Assembly: GCA_035084275.1 (NCBI GenBank)
Contig: CM068756.1
Span: 9,176,001 to 9,240,000, forward strand
Length of the DNA: 64,000 nt
Direction of reading: 5' to 3'
Source: Hydrolagus colliei
Lineage: Eukaryota
Shown here: positions 37,900 to 50,918 of the stretch, piece after piece
How the letters are laid out: every line of letters begins with the position of its first letter
Position numbering within the stretch: position 1 is the stretch's first letter
Program-made: the position numbers and the translations under genes
The notes under the pieces: model-generated
Database searches by the model: none
Told to the model about the DNA's origin: nothing
The model's input: only the letters and a program-made list of their open reading frames with translations

Positions 37900-38280
37900 T
37901 TTCATTCTGATCAAGCCACCTAATATGAGTTTGGCTGGTGTGACAAGCAGGCACATGGTTTTTATAATGCCATTGTGCAGGCCTCAAGGAACATAGTGAG
38001 TTTAATTATAAGAAGGGCTGTTTGCTTCTCTCTTCCCCCACTTTCTTCCTCCACAGAACCCAAGGGGGAAAACGCCATCTCTCTGTCGGAAAGGCATACA
38101 AGCCTTATCACGTGACAGCTCCAGATTATAGATCCCAAGAGACGCTCTTGACACTGGTATTTTATCACTGAAATCGCATCCGGAGTTGTTTGTTTTCTGT
38201 ACCTCTGCATAGTTCTCAAGGTGTTGCCAGCAGGGCCCTGAGGCTGACACTGATGCGTGTTGTCACATTGCAAGATCTCA
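37900..38280. promoter_or_regulatory. Candidate CNE
   Basis: TCACGTGA (38108) overlapping TGACAG (38113), plus TTTTATAATG, CATTGT and TTAATTA, in unique CpG-retaining sequence. Confidence 0.35.
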
Positions 38281-39201
38281 AAGAAAACAGGAGTGAAATT
38301 GAAAAAGAAGCTTATTTGGGAGGTGTTGCTTTTCAGAATTACTTTGATTGTTTGTAACACTTTGTTAATTTCAAAGTCAGCATTAGAGTTCATGTACACA
38401 TTCTCTATCCTGTGAATTGTTGTGGAGTGAAAACTGCTATAACATATACTTCTGGTATCAGCCAAGGTTTATGCAAGGGACAAACTATCAAGAATGTGCA
38501 TGTACCAAAAATTGTACAAATTTGCTTGCAAGCAAGTGAGATTTGAGTATATATAGCACATTCACAGATTGGATAACAAAACATACACAGTACTGCAGCT
38601 AGCACAAGCTTCCTTCTGCTATCCATTTCCACCATCACTTAGGCCAGAATTCTGCTCTAAATTTTGAAACAAAATTCAGCCCTTTGTACAAATCTAAAAT
38701 ACAGACATTACAGTTTAATGCAGGCATTGTGAATGGGAAAACAATATGTCTGATGTTAATACTATTTAATTTGATTTTTTTTTCTCTAGGCAACAGCACA
38801 ACCATACTGAAAACCTTTTCATGTGAATCTCTAGAATTTTGGAAAGATGACAAGTTTTGATTTTGAATAACAGTATATTTGTGTAATGTGAGGTAGCTGT
38901 CAGCAGATGGTAACCATTTATCATTTTTGTTTGGATTGAACCCTCATGATGTCCATTATGACATTTTTTTTTACTTCTGTCTCCTGTCATCCGACCAAAT
39001 CCCCATTGGTATCATCTTCACACAGTTGCTTCACCCTACCCCTGGGAGTAGGAAGCTGTTAACTGAAGCTTTCTGATAAAACATTCTGAATTTGGTGTTA
39101 TTTTAAATTAACGGTTATGCAACTCACTTGCTCTTTGGTTCATGATCTCATCTGGTAATTAGGACTCTATCATTTTGTTTCAGTTGCATCTATATCTTAA
39201 G

Positions 39202-39680
39202 AATAATAAAAATAACCCTTCTATTTGATACAGTGCTTTTTCACATTGGGAGGACATCAAAATAATAATATAATAATAATCCTTGCATTTGATATACCAC
39301 TTTTCATGTCTTCTAGATGTCTCAAAGCACTTCACAGAATATACTGTAAAATGAATCGACTGTATATTTGTGGGCAAAATGTAATAGCCAATTATGCACA
39401 GCCTCGTCCCACAAACAGTCAGGGATTAAAATGACCAATTTGTTATTGCTTTTTTTTTAGGAATTATTAGGCGTGTGGAGTACAGAAACTTGCCCAAGGT
39501 TTAGCCCTGCCTGGAATTGAACCCAGATCTCTCACTTGCAAGGCAAGTGCTCTAACCATTGAGCTACAGGACTCCACGAGTGCTTAATCTCAAAGTGCGT
39601 CACAGGATTTATTGTAATGCAAAATACAACTTGCACACAAACATGTCCCCCAAACAGCCATGAAGTGAATGACCAGTTTT
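39202..39680 (-). mobile_element. Old Deu-SINE 3' part split by a young SINE
   Basis: Left piece TCACATTGGGAGGACATC (to 39258) joins right piece ATCTCAAAGTGC..CCCAAACAGCCATGAAGTGAATGACC (from 39587). The uninterrupted form is seen at 25498-25530. Confidence 0.75.
39261..39577 (-). mobile_element. Young tRNA-derived SINE, full length, nested
   Basis: (AAT)nCCTTGCATTTGATA..AAACTTGCCCAAGG..GGAATTGAACCC..GAGCTACAGGACTCCAC. Confidence 0.95.
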
Positions 39681-41379
39681 ATGTGGGGCATTGATATAAT
39701 CATAATACTGCAAATGTCTTAAAAGTACATATCTACTTTTTGCCCACTTTGCGATTTCATCTGATGGTAGCCTTGCATCAATAGATTATTCAGTTAAAGA
39801 TTTCTCCAATTGTGAAAAGAACAAGTTATGTTTTCCTTCCCATGTTCTAATAACCGTGTGCAAAGAAAAATCTTTTAACATTTTGTTGTGTCTTATTGTG
39901 GTTTAATAAACGCTTGGTACTGGCGCACCACCCAGTGCAAATGGTTTTTCCAACTACTGTATTTCCATTTAGCATGTGAAAGGGGGAGGGGTGGGAAAAA
40001 TGTGCCATATCTTGTGTGTAGAGGGGGAGGGAAGAGGAGAAAATAGTTGCAAGGTCCCTTATATTGTTCCTCACTGAAGTGCCACTGTGATGGAGAACAA
40101 TTGGTCTCAGCTGTGGAGCTTCTGCAGTCCAGACTCTCTTGCCTCTGTCTGAAGAAATAAGTGTAGGGACTAAAGAGAACTCTAAAAGTGTGTCGGGAGC
40201 GATTGAAAAAACATGTTACCCAAAAGAGGCATAATGGATGAATATAATGTAAAACATTACTTGGATTCTATCATGAAGAAAGGGCAATGTAGAGTGATGA
40301 AAGTGTTGCGATTGTTCTTGATAAACAGGGTATTAACTTGTGGAACCCTTATCTCACAAGAGATCTATGGTTTCGATGTTCATTGCCCTGAAGCACATAC
40401 CGTCCTTTTCCGTAGTTTTTTACCCAGCTGGCTCTGTTGTAAAGTTTGATGATGAAGTCTTAAAAGCAGCTTGATCCACTCCTGAAGGGCCCAGTCAAGG
40501 GTCAAATGACTCATAAACGAGGGAAGAATGACTTAAACCCATCAACCTGCAGCATTAATGCAACACAACACTTGCCTATTATTGAACAAACAGTGTGGAA
40601 TTCAAGTACATTAGTTACATCTTTGAATGACTCCCTGCTATTAGCAGAATCAGCGTTGACGCAGAAATGTACAATGTCAGTTAGAACCCTGACAAACCTT
40701 ACAGTCAGTCTTTGTGCCAGAGGTCAGATTTTAACATGTAACCAATACAGCAAGTAAAATAGGATAGATATGGAATCTATTCTTTGTAGTGGATGATTTC
40801 ACATATCATTGAATATTTCCAGAGGAAAAAACAAAACAAAAATACACACAGAAATATTGAGACCTATATTGACAAGTTCAGTTCAAACAAAATAATCTAA
40901 ATTATGAAAACAATCATAAACATATTTATACTCAGAGAAAGGTCACTGTATTTCTTGGGGTCATTTAAAAAAAAAATAGTCTACTCTGTTCACTTTAGGC
41001 TTTCTCATCACCAGTACCCCAGTACTTCAACTGGGAAACGGCAAAACTGGAATAACACAATAGCTTTTATCCATTCAGAAGAGATGAAAAAAATCAACTT
41101 GGATGTCACCCATCTGTCCCCTTTTCCCGTCCTTCTCTCTTCTGTTTCACTTCTGTTGGTATCTATGCTTTTTTGCTTCCGGCACTCAGCCCTATACATA
41201 AAGAATAAACAGTTTGAAGGAGGCTCACAACAATCAATTGAACTGTTTCCACATCATGACAAACAGATTTGAGTATCATCTACGCCTTTAGGGAAAAACT
41301 GTTAAGTGACAGGAAAAGCCATTTTTTTCAACAGCAGCAAGATTTCATTACAACTCCAGGGGTATTAAATGAGTTGCTG

Positions 41380-41680
41380 TGGGCCTGAGTTGCATTCCAC
41401 ACTCCAAAGTGGTGGGAACAAGTTGAGGAGCAGAAACGAGTTTTGTTCTTTGATCTGGTGTCACAATCCCCAAGTAAAACGCACTTGAGAATGGATAGAA
41501 AGATGAAACTTTGCTTAGTTTAGCTCCCACCTGGTGCATCGCTTGGTTAAGGCCTATTAGTCTGACCTGGTGAGACAGGCATGTCAAGCTGTAGCTTGAG
41601 ATCACATGTAGATGGAGTCAGACTCCTGCTTCTGTGGAACTGTGAACACTTTGCAAAGCAATCAGCTTCCTTGTTGCATA
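41380..41680 (+). mobile_element. Ancient SINE-like family B, very degenerate
   Basis: The CTGTGGAACTGTG..AATCAGCTTCCTT end resembles the reverse complement of the other family B copies. Confidence 0.3.
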
Positions 41681-42519
41681 AGTGCCTATGACATTTCCTC
41701 CCCCTAAAATCATGAGTATACAAAAGAAATTTGCATGCTGCCAAAAAAACTAAAGTGAATAATGGGTCCAACTTGTCTCCCACTGACATTGAAGGATTTT
41801 ATTGAAGTTTTGGAGGAATTTCTTTCATGGTTAATCCAATGTGTGCCTGGAACTGCTATAGTGCAGTTGCTAAAAAAAAGTAGCTATTGACTGGTATATG
41901 TTATAATCCTTCTATCATTGTCTTAAACCTGATTTTAAATTTCATTGTATTAATTATTTGCTTTCTCTAGCTGACAGTTCATCCAGTGGATGGGCATGGA
42001 AAAGCAGTCCTGATATCAAGAAAGGATTAGTGCTGGAACAACATTATTTGGTCTCTGCTTGTTAAGACATTTTTGTATAAATTGTAATTATTATTTCAGT
42101 GACGTAAATATTATTTTCAGGTCTTTCATCTGATTATTTCTCATTACTATTATTATTATCTGCCCCCTCCAAGTATTGAATCTCCTCCATCTGGGAGATC
42201 AGGAGGGTCAGATGCAAACAGATGTCATTGCCTTTCGATAGTTTGCACATTCTGTTGGATATTTGTTTTTGCTATGATCAGTACTGTGAAATGAGTTGGA
42301 CACCCAGAGGTAGAAGTTTCTCTTGAATGTTAAATCCTCAGTGATTTTGTTGAAATGCCCTTGTTTCCCATTGTAGGCATATGCCATCGGTTACTGGGTA
42401 CAAGAGGAAATTCGAGCAACCTGCAAGTGTCGAAATTGTGCACCCCCAAATTAGGAACACCATGGCTAAATGTGAAGCTCCCTCTGCACTGCCTCACTTC
42501 AGTCCTGTCAGGAACTCAC

Positions 42520-42597
42520 CTCTTTTTGAATGAGTGTGACATTGTCAATTCCCACACCGTCCCACAGTCTGATTGTAATCCAGTGGAACTCGAGTTC
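42520..42597 (-). other. Candidate exon, 78 nt (may be repeat-derived)
   Basis: Minus-strand TTTTCAACTAG| acceptor and GAG|GTGAGT donor. Frame 0 reads ELEFHWITIRLWDGVGIDNVTLIQKE. Confidence 0.25.
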
Positions 42598-44876
42598 CTA
42601 GTTGAAAACTGATGGCTTTCGACTGATGAGAACCAAATGTGTTTGAATTTTACCAAAGACAGGATTCCCCAAACACAATAGGCGGGGTGAACTTTGCCAT
42701 TTTTGCAAGTGGAGCAAGGGTCTGAGCCAGAACAAGGAAATCTATCTTTTCCTCTACATCTCCTGATTACAGAAACCAATACCAGGGGTAAGTGGAGGCT
42801 CTGCCCAAAAACAGCATGCAAAGTGCAAATGCATTCCAACCTCCGACGATGGAATACTCCCCAGGTACCATACTTAGTGTTAACTAAAATTGTAAGCTCA
42901 AAGTCCTGGCATAGGGCTTGAACGCATCTCTTCGCCCAGAAACAAGACTGCTTTGAGCTGAGCCAAGTTGACACCTATAACCGACACATTCAATAATCCT
43001 GTAGCATGAGGAAACCAGTTTAGTTGAGTCTTTTCTTAATTTTAACTGAATAGTGGGATTATCAAATAACATTGCAAAAGCAGCTCTGGAGAGCATGGCA
43101 CATGTGGCCTCTATCTCTGCAAACCAACAGCACATTGGCTCCACAGTTCATCAGAGAAAATCTCTCTCTGGAACATTCCAGTCAATTAGCTGTGCAGCTG
43201 GTTAATAAGCCAGAACATTTAGCACAGCAGCAGGACATTAGCAATTACTATTTAGAGACATTGCCTTTTCTCTTTTTTAATCCTTTTTTGTGCAGAACAG
43301 AAAGAAAGGTTTGAAAGAGGCATGTGTTTTGTGAGCTCACAGGAGCAAAAGATGGGTATATTCTGTTTCAGGAAAGCTTTGATTTGCTACCACATTCCAG
43401 GCATCCCACATGATAATAGCTGCAATGGGAGCAAGTCAACACCCAGAGCAACAGCAAGTCAGGGTTGATAATGAGCCAAGGGTAAAGGACAGGCCTAGTG
43501 TTGGATTCAGGATAAAGTTCGAAGCCACAACCAATCTCCAGAATATAAGGTATGAGCTGGGAGTCAGTGTCATAACTTTTGTTGTTGTGGGACAAAATAT
43601 ACATTAGTTTTGTGGTGAATAAACTGCATAATGTTTGTTATTTGATATTTAAAAATGGACTACAATAAATCAGAATGCAAGAATTCTTACTTCAGTTGGT
43701 TGAGGCATTGTAGGAGCATAAACTAACCGCTAGTCTACATTAAAATATGTAAAAACCTCACATCTTCTGTTTATAGCTGTTTCTTCAGGCACAGAGTGTA
43801 TTGGTGCGGTAAGCTTAATACTGAAATCAAATTAAGAATGAAGGTTAGTGTGGGACTAAATCCCAGTCTTTGTAGTCAAAGGTCTATCTGATATCACTAT
43901 CTGTTTCAATGTTAGAAATAATATCCCATCATTGATACTTGCTTAGAAAATATCTTCAAACTCTCATCACTTTTGGGGTGGTGGGGAGGGAGGGGGTGTG
44001 GTCATTAACGACAGACATACTTAACAATATTATTCAAATGTAAAGAGCTGTGCACTAAACCGAATCTTCCTGCCATTGGCACTGCCTTGTGCAAATTCTT
44101 TTAGCCCCTGAAGCATTCTGAAGAGGTATTTAGATATTGTATCTCAGCAATCTGAAATTTGGAGGCAATTAATCTTAGGCTCTTATGTTCCCGTGGAACC
44201 TGTGTGATGTAAGGCAAGTGCTGACACTTTTATGTAAACATGAAGCTTAACCTATTTTTGAAGTGCTAAATGTTGCTTTGATCATGCACTTCTCATAAGT
44301 ACCAAGCATGCCAGCACTTAGGTTTGCTCTTCAGGTAACAAAAAATACTAATCCTTTTCTTTAATTCATATCCACCTGTAAAATAGTGCTGGATTATTTT
44401 CTCTGTTTATCTTGGTTATCCTTTTTTTAAAATAAAAAAAGTATGTCTTGTGTTTAACTCTTCCAAGGTTTGAAGAAGTACAGGGTAATTTAGATGGTAT
44501 TTTCTTTGAGCAGTGAACATTTCTTACAGCCCACTTTGAGTTAGTTATGTAGTTTTACGAAACCAGTAAACATAAACCCATGTACAGATATTCCTTGTGG
44601 TGTTTGGTTCATACTGTAAATTGGAATAAAATAAATGTATTCATAGATTAATTAACTGATAAAGTACATACCAGAAAGTAATATAATAAGCTGAGATATA
44701 ATAAGCAATGTCTCTTGCCAAGGGACTGAACCAGCACAATGGAGAATAATACTGTTTTTAAAACGTTTTTTATCCTCCAATTCAATTCCCTTGCAATTTT
44801 CCTTTCAGCAAGACCTTTTCAGTTGTGATTTTTATTCAAAAGAAAAACATTTAATGATGTGCTTTTTTGCTTTTAG

Positions 44877-44945
44877 CTATTCTGGAGGCCTATTTCTGGG
44901 TTCCTCCCAGAATGCGTTTTATGTGCCAGAAATATACCCAAGCAG
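44877..44945 (+). other. Candidate exon, 69 nt
   Basis: GCTTTTTTGCTTTTAG| acceptor and weaker CAG|GTAGTA donor. All three frames are open. Confidence 0.25.
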
Positions 44946-45120
44946 GTAGTATCTGTAACTTCTTGACAAATCAATTTGAATTACATTTGCTTAACTGGTA
45001 ACAAGAATGACCTCATGAGGGCTGCCAGCCTTGTTTACATTGTGTCCACTTTGGAAAAACCAGAGTACCCATGGGTCGTGCCCAGTTGTCACCTTCGGGC
45101 GGAAACCAATAGGTTTTATC

Positions 45121-45510
45121 ATAATAATCCTTGCATTTCACGTTGGGAAGATGTTTCAAAGTGCTTCACAGTATTTGCTGTAATGCAAGATAAGTGTATT
45201 TGTAGGTATACGCATAGCCAATTTGAACACACAGCCAATAATTAATTTAATTTGGGGCATCGTGACCAAGGATACCAGGAGAAACTCCCGCCTCTTTTTC
45301 AGTGTTGTCTTGAGATTTTTAATGTCCATGTGGACTGGTAGACAGGACCTCGGTTTAACATCTGATCCCAAAAATTAAGCCTTCAACAATTGCAGGGCAA
45401 CCTCCAGCACTGCAACTGATTGTCAGCATAGACGATGTGAATTCTGACATGGGGCTTGGATGCACAACCTTGTGACTCAAAGGTTAGAATCCTAACAACT
45501 GAGCCAAACT
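45121..45510 (-). mobile_element. Near full-length SacSINE1/DeuSINE-like element
   Basis: Tail ATAATAATCCTTGCATTT, core GGATACCAGGAGAAACTCCC and GACCTCGGTTTAACATCTGATCC, head ACAACCTTGTGACTCAAAGG..CAACTGAGCCA. Confidence 0.85.
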
Positions 45511-48500
45511 CCACTTTGTGTAAACAATATTGTGTGATGCCCATTTGCCTCCTTTAGTCACATCTGTATGTACAGAACGTTCTGCTCACACAGTTGTGTC
45601 GTACTTGGTGATTGCCAAGCCACCCACGTCCCAAAAGTATTGGAATATATTTTTTGTTCATTTTCCACTTCCCCTGATATCACTTGGATGACACAGATCT
45701 GTGATATTTCCACACGTCTGTAACTCAGCAAGCTTGTGTCAGTTACAAAAGCATTTGTGTTGAAGATCTGCAAGACTGGTGTGGTGCAGCTATAATTTTG
45801 CTTTCAGTGCCTATTTTTCAAATGCCAGGCCCTCTTTAGAGTGAAGAGTGATTGTTCATGATGTGACTGTGAAGGGTCTGTGAAGTACTGTAACACTGGA
45901 AGATCATTTAAAAGTCGTGTTAACTGGCGGGACCTTGTTGTTGTGCTATTTTGAGCTTGTTGTACAGCTGTTACAAATGAATACGGTATATTTATTCCAT
46001 TGTGTTTATTCTCAAACATTTACAAATATTGCACTCAAAAAATCTATATGATGCACTCAATACTGAACATGAATAGGCAATCATTATCATCAGTATTAAT
46101 CTTTATTTTGGTGAACTATGGAGGATACAAGCAATGGCCTTGGGAAATGTTTTCAATTTTTCATTCTATTTCCCAGCTGCTTACAAGTTTTACATGGTTC
46201 AGTGCTGTATGCTCCCTTCATTGATCTTTTGTTCCCTTATTTTGCACTGTCCCTTTTTTCTTCATTCACTTTTCCATGTACTTATTTTGCTCCGCTCTCT
46301 TGTTTGTGTGAAAAGTGCCAGGCAGTAATAAAAATTCTCATTCGAAACAATACCTCTTGGAACTGTTTGCTTGTTAATGGCTCTACAAACAATGCTTATT
46401 GAGCTAGGATTTATACACTGTTGTAAAAGTTCTAAAACTGTTCAAAGTGCAGTATAACATCCCATGATTGATAGCAAGGAATCCATTTACATTCCCTGTT
46501 ATTCATTAATTTTAATTACCAACTTTTACCTATTCACTGGCCAGTTACTACAGCTGCAAAACATATACTTGTAAAATGCATAACTTCCCTTATTCTGATT
46601 TTTAAGGTGGAAACAAACAAACAATGCCACTTGGGAAAAAGTTATTGATCCTTTGTACTTTCAGAAGCATGACAAAACCTTGTTTTACTTCATTGAACAT
46701 TCAGTTATGTCTTTGCTCTTCCAGCATCTATCCGATTTAATCCATTCTGTCTCTCTGTAGAGGTATTCCACTTTGTTCGTAAGCACATAACATAACCCTG
46801 GTCCCTTGCGACTCCTTTCTGAAATTAAAAACCCAGACACTCGTCCAGATGTCTTAGAAGATAAGGACGAGGCTAACTTGTGTGCCACAGAGGACCCGAG
46901 GAGTAGGAATTCACGTATATATCATCACATAGTTATTAACCAGGACCACAGCTAGTGCAACACAAACATCTTCTATAGACCTTGATTCAGACTTGGCAGT
47001 GTTAAGAAAATACCCTCCAGCAATGTGTTCTATTATGCTGAAATAAAAGTAGACATGAATGGCAATAGAAACAGTAAAGTATTGTTTTCAGTTTCAATGT
47101 TGGCCTTAGAGTTAACTGGTCTTAAAGTAAAATGCCTCCAAATGCTGATGTAAGTAGTTGCTTATACAAATGAGCTATTGAATATCAACAATCTTATTTG
47201 GCAATAAGACACCGATCCTTACAGAAATTGAGTATAGGAAGAGAATTTCTATGGAACAGTTTATCTTGGAGGAACTGACAGCTGTATCTGATCAAAACCG
47301 AAAGCAGTGATTGATTCTGACAAGGAGAAATCACCTTCATTGCTAAGCAACTTTTGGAAATCCAGCGTACCTAATACTGAAGTGAATATTTTCAAGACAG
47401 CATGTGGTGAAAAGTTTTAATATAGTAACAATAATACACGAGTGAAAAGTGCACTGAGGAATTCTAGACTTGGGGGCTTCGGGGTGGGAAATGCAAATTA
47501 TAATGTTATGTTTCTGAGGACTGTAAATGTAAGTTGATACATGAATATTGAATAATGTTCTTTTTTATTTATCTGATTCTACTCAATGATTTTCCAATAT
47601 ACAGTAGTTTTCCAATTCAGAGTATATACGGAACAGCCCACATCCATGCTTTATTGAATAAATAGAAGCTCCTCAAAAAGGTTAAATTTGATAATGACAT
47701 ACAAAGTTGTATTTTACAATGGTAATATATTAGCTGCTGTGTAATTGAATTCCTTTGAAGGCTTCTGTGATAGCCTTAGCTCCTCAAAGTCAGAGTATGT
47801 CAAAACAACTCTTACTTAAAACAGTTCTTACAAATGTGCTTAAATATTAACAGACAAAACACAATTTGCAACAGCTTGTGGTGGTTTCTTAAATGAGGCA
47901 AATGGGACCGAGGGCTGATCTAGCCCTAGCTCTGACCATTTGAGTGGAGTCTGGCCCACTAAACACTGATTTGTTTGTCCACTTTTCACTCATCTACAGT
48001 CCATATTTAGCTAGAATTCATACTGAAATATTACTACACGGTTACATTTTCACTCTGGTACAACATGACTCCTTCCGATGATCAAATGGAGTATTTGCAC
48101 CACCAAACGTAGCTGAGGTGTTTTTATCCCGTCTAGACATCGGGTAGCTTGAGTGACAATTATTTTTTGTGCACTTTTTTTGGTTGGTCTGGCAATCACT
48201 AGGTGAACTCTCTGAGAGTGGTGAGTATTCAGAGAGCTCTGGAAAGATACACTCTGAACGGTGCATCCATTCAAGCCATTTGCGGTTAAGTTTCAGGTGT
48301 CTCCACATGAAGATGGATAAAGAAAAAAAACCATGGAAAAGAAGAGGGGTTGGGAATTCAAAGCTTGTTGATCTTAGTGATTCAGGGTAACGTATTACAG
48401 TCTATACACTTTTGTGGTGTTAGCTTATAATGGGGAAAATCCAAAGGTGACAACAAATACTAAGCTGCTTATGAGCTTCGAAGCCTGTTAATGGAGAGGA

Positions 48501-48819
48501 TTGGCAGCTACGGTTTTAATCATTGGAGCATGGTAGATTGGTTCACGTCTGAATCTTGTAGGGGTCTTGGGAGCTGTTAGGTTTTCTCCTTTCGTTGTTC
48601 CTTTTGTTACTTCCTGCTGTGGACACGAAAATCATGCCAGAGATCGGTCTGGATTCAAACATCTCGTCTCCAGTCTTATCACTTTTCATTGGTTGTAAAG
48701 CTAGGCTATAAACCCATTTGTCAGCTATTGAAAGCAAATTTTTCTAACTAAAGAGGGATAGCAGAAGTTAAGAAAACATTTTGTTTAATAAATGTGTTTA
48801 AAGTCAAATCAATAGAGAG

Positions 48820-48903
48820 AATAACTTGGATTTTTATAGCACGTTTTTAATGTTATTTTTATTGATGGATTTTTATAGCACTTTTATAGTAAGCGCTGGA
48901 CAG
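48820..48903 (-). mobile_element. L2 tail fragment with internal 16-bp duplication
   Basis: TGGATTTTTATAGCAC at 48827-48842 and 48866-48881, ending AAGCGCTGGACAG. Confidence 0.55.
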
Positions 48904-50079
48904 TGGCGGAGTTAGAGCAAGCAAGGGTTGGAATATTTAGAATGGGTAGGAAAAATATATGTTGGACAGAAAATAATAAAATAGAAAATTAACTAGGAAA
49001 GGAAAAATGACTGTCAAAAGAAAGATAGGATGAGCATAGATAAAAGTTTTGAAATTAAAAAAAAATATTCATGTGAATTTCAGCGAGTGGAGGTTAATAT
49101 AACACTTATACAGCCGCCAGGGTGTTTGTGGTGCTTTTCTTATTGTAATTGTAGTATTTTAAAGAGTGCATGAACTGAAAATATACAAACCCAGCCTGCT
49201 CAGAGAAACAGAGGAATCCCTATAGACCTGCAGGCAGTCCAAGGGTTACACATTATTAATAAAGAAGGGCTTGTATTTTCAGCATTGTAATAGCTAATCT
49301 GTGAACAGGAAGTATTAAACAGAAGAAATAAACAGCATTTAGACTGTTATGTGAGTATTATTACCTTTCTATAATAACAAAACCACTCAGCCCCCTATAT
49401 TACTTCTTAAATAGCTTAGTCCAGGCTTATGTTATCATTCAGCAGTGTTGGGTCTTTGTTAGTTTCCCAGTGAAACTTGCAAGAAAAGCTGAGGAGTTTA
49501 CTGGAGATATTTTTTTTAACACAAAACAGCTTTGTCCAATAATGCCCCGTCTTTACCAGACACCGCAAAGTGATTACTGATCTCAACTCTGCCGGGCAGT
49601 AAATTTAGTTTTTTTTAAAAAAACAGGCTAATAATGACCTGTGGCAAAAGAACTGGTTCAGATTACTCTGATCTAAACCTCTCCAGAAACTGTTTATTTT
49701 AGACTAATTCAGATTAAACTGTCGTAAGTGCTAATGTTTACAGGAGATCTGATTCAGTGTGTATCATTGACTGCTCAAACTTGACTGCTTGAGGAAACAA
49801 TCTGAATCCGTTCCAGGGAAACCAAAGCCGAACACTTTGAACTGGAAACTTGTGTGGAGAACATAAACAGATACGAGTTATAGCTAGTCTGTAAGCTAAA
49901 CTGCTTTAACTCAGAAGTAGAAACTAATCCAGATGTACACAGCATCAAAGTTTTCAGTATCAGAGTCCTTTTGGAGCTTTTCTTTGATTGTGTGGGTAGA
50001 AGACTACTTTTTTTGGTCAGCCGAGTGTCTGACACGAATGGAAACTCATTGCTGTGCTTGTACACCTCAGGCGCTGATA

Positions 50080-50918
50080 GCATCACCATCTATGGATACG
50101 CTCTCCATCTCACGAAGCTAGTCTGGAACTTTGGTGTCTTGTTTGACCCTCAACTATCCTTTCTACCTCACATCAGTGCCACGACCTGCTCTGCCTTCCC
50201 TCACCTCCGCAACGTTGCCCGCTCCGCCACTGTCTCACATGGCAGGCCGCCAAAACTCTCAGACATGCATTCATAACATCTAGGCCTGACTATATAAACT
50301 CCTTGCTTGTTGGCCTTCTCAACTCCTCCCTCAAGAGGCTGCAGATCATCCAAAATCCTGCAGTCTGGATCCTCTTCTGCACTTGACTCCCTCCGTGACC
50401 CTAGCAACCCTGTCTTGCTCGACTCCACTAACTTCCCATTACACAGAGGATGCAGTTCAAGATGGTCCTCGTCTTCAAAGCCCTCCATGGCCTCACTGCT
50501 TCCCCTCCCTCCTCCACCACTGTGACCTCCTAAGTCCCTACCACCTTGTCCCCTCTCTCCACTCAGCTGGCTCTATCCTACTTCACGTCCCCTGCCTTGT
50601 GCGCCCCATTGACGGGTGGATCTTCAGCAGCAAGAACAACAACAACAAAATTGCACTTATAGAGTGCCTTTCATGTCAAGCGAACGTCCCAAGGCGCAAC
50701 TCTGCCCCCACCCTCTAAAACTCCATCACGCAGTTCCTCCATCCAGCCCTTCCCTCCTTCAAGACTTACTGCAAGTCCCTCCTTCGACTGTCCTTTTGAT
50801 CAACCTCCTCCCCTCTCTCCAATCCTGACCCCCTCCCCCTCCCCCACCCCCCCCAGCTTGGGTCCAAAATACTGTCTGGTAAGCGCCTTGGAACGTCCTC
50901 CTGATACAGAAGGTGCTA
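50080..50918 (+). mobile_element. L2 LINE 3' ~0.8 kb (decayed ORF2 C-terminus + 3' UTR)
   Basis: ORF 49971-50276 contains VWNFGVLFDPQLSFLPHISATTCSAFPHLRNVAR (L2 LGV.FD..LSF..HI motif). C-rich body, ends AAGCGCCTTGGAACGTCC..GAAGGTGCTA. Confidence 0.92.
50629..50697 (-). mobile_element. Short antisense L2 tail nested in L2
   Basis: (CAA)nAATTGCACTTATAGAGTGCCTTTCATGTC..TCCCAAGGCGC splits host TCTTCAGC|AACTCTGCCCCCACC. Confidence 0.88.

Noticed and set aside
37962-38465. 167-aa minus ORF
   Set aside because: No domain similarity. The region looks regulatory rather than coding.
42285-42299. TGTGAAATGAGTTGG, an LF-SINE core word
   Set aside because: Only 15 nt match, and the flanks do not follow the LF-SINE consensus as I recall it.
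45692-45703. 12-bp palindrome CACAGATCTGTG
   Set aside because: Several of this size are expected by chance in 64 kb, and there is no supporting context.
46761-46955. Strong acceptor (CTGTCTCTCTGTAG) followed by protein-like PDVLEDKDEANL stretch
   Set aside because: All three frames hit a stop within 35 nt of the acceptor.
48205-48239. Hairpin CTCTCTGA..TCAGAGAG as pre-miRNA
   Set aside because: Stem too short, and pairing does not extend to pre-miRNA length.
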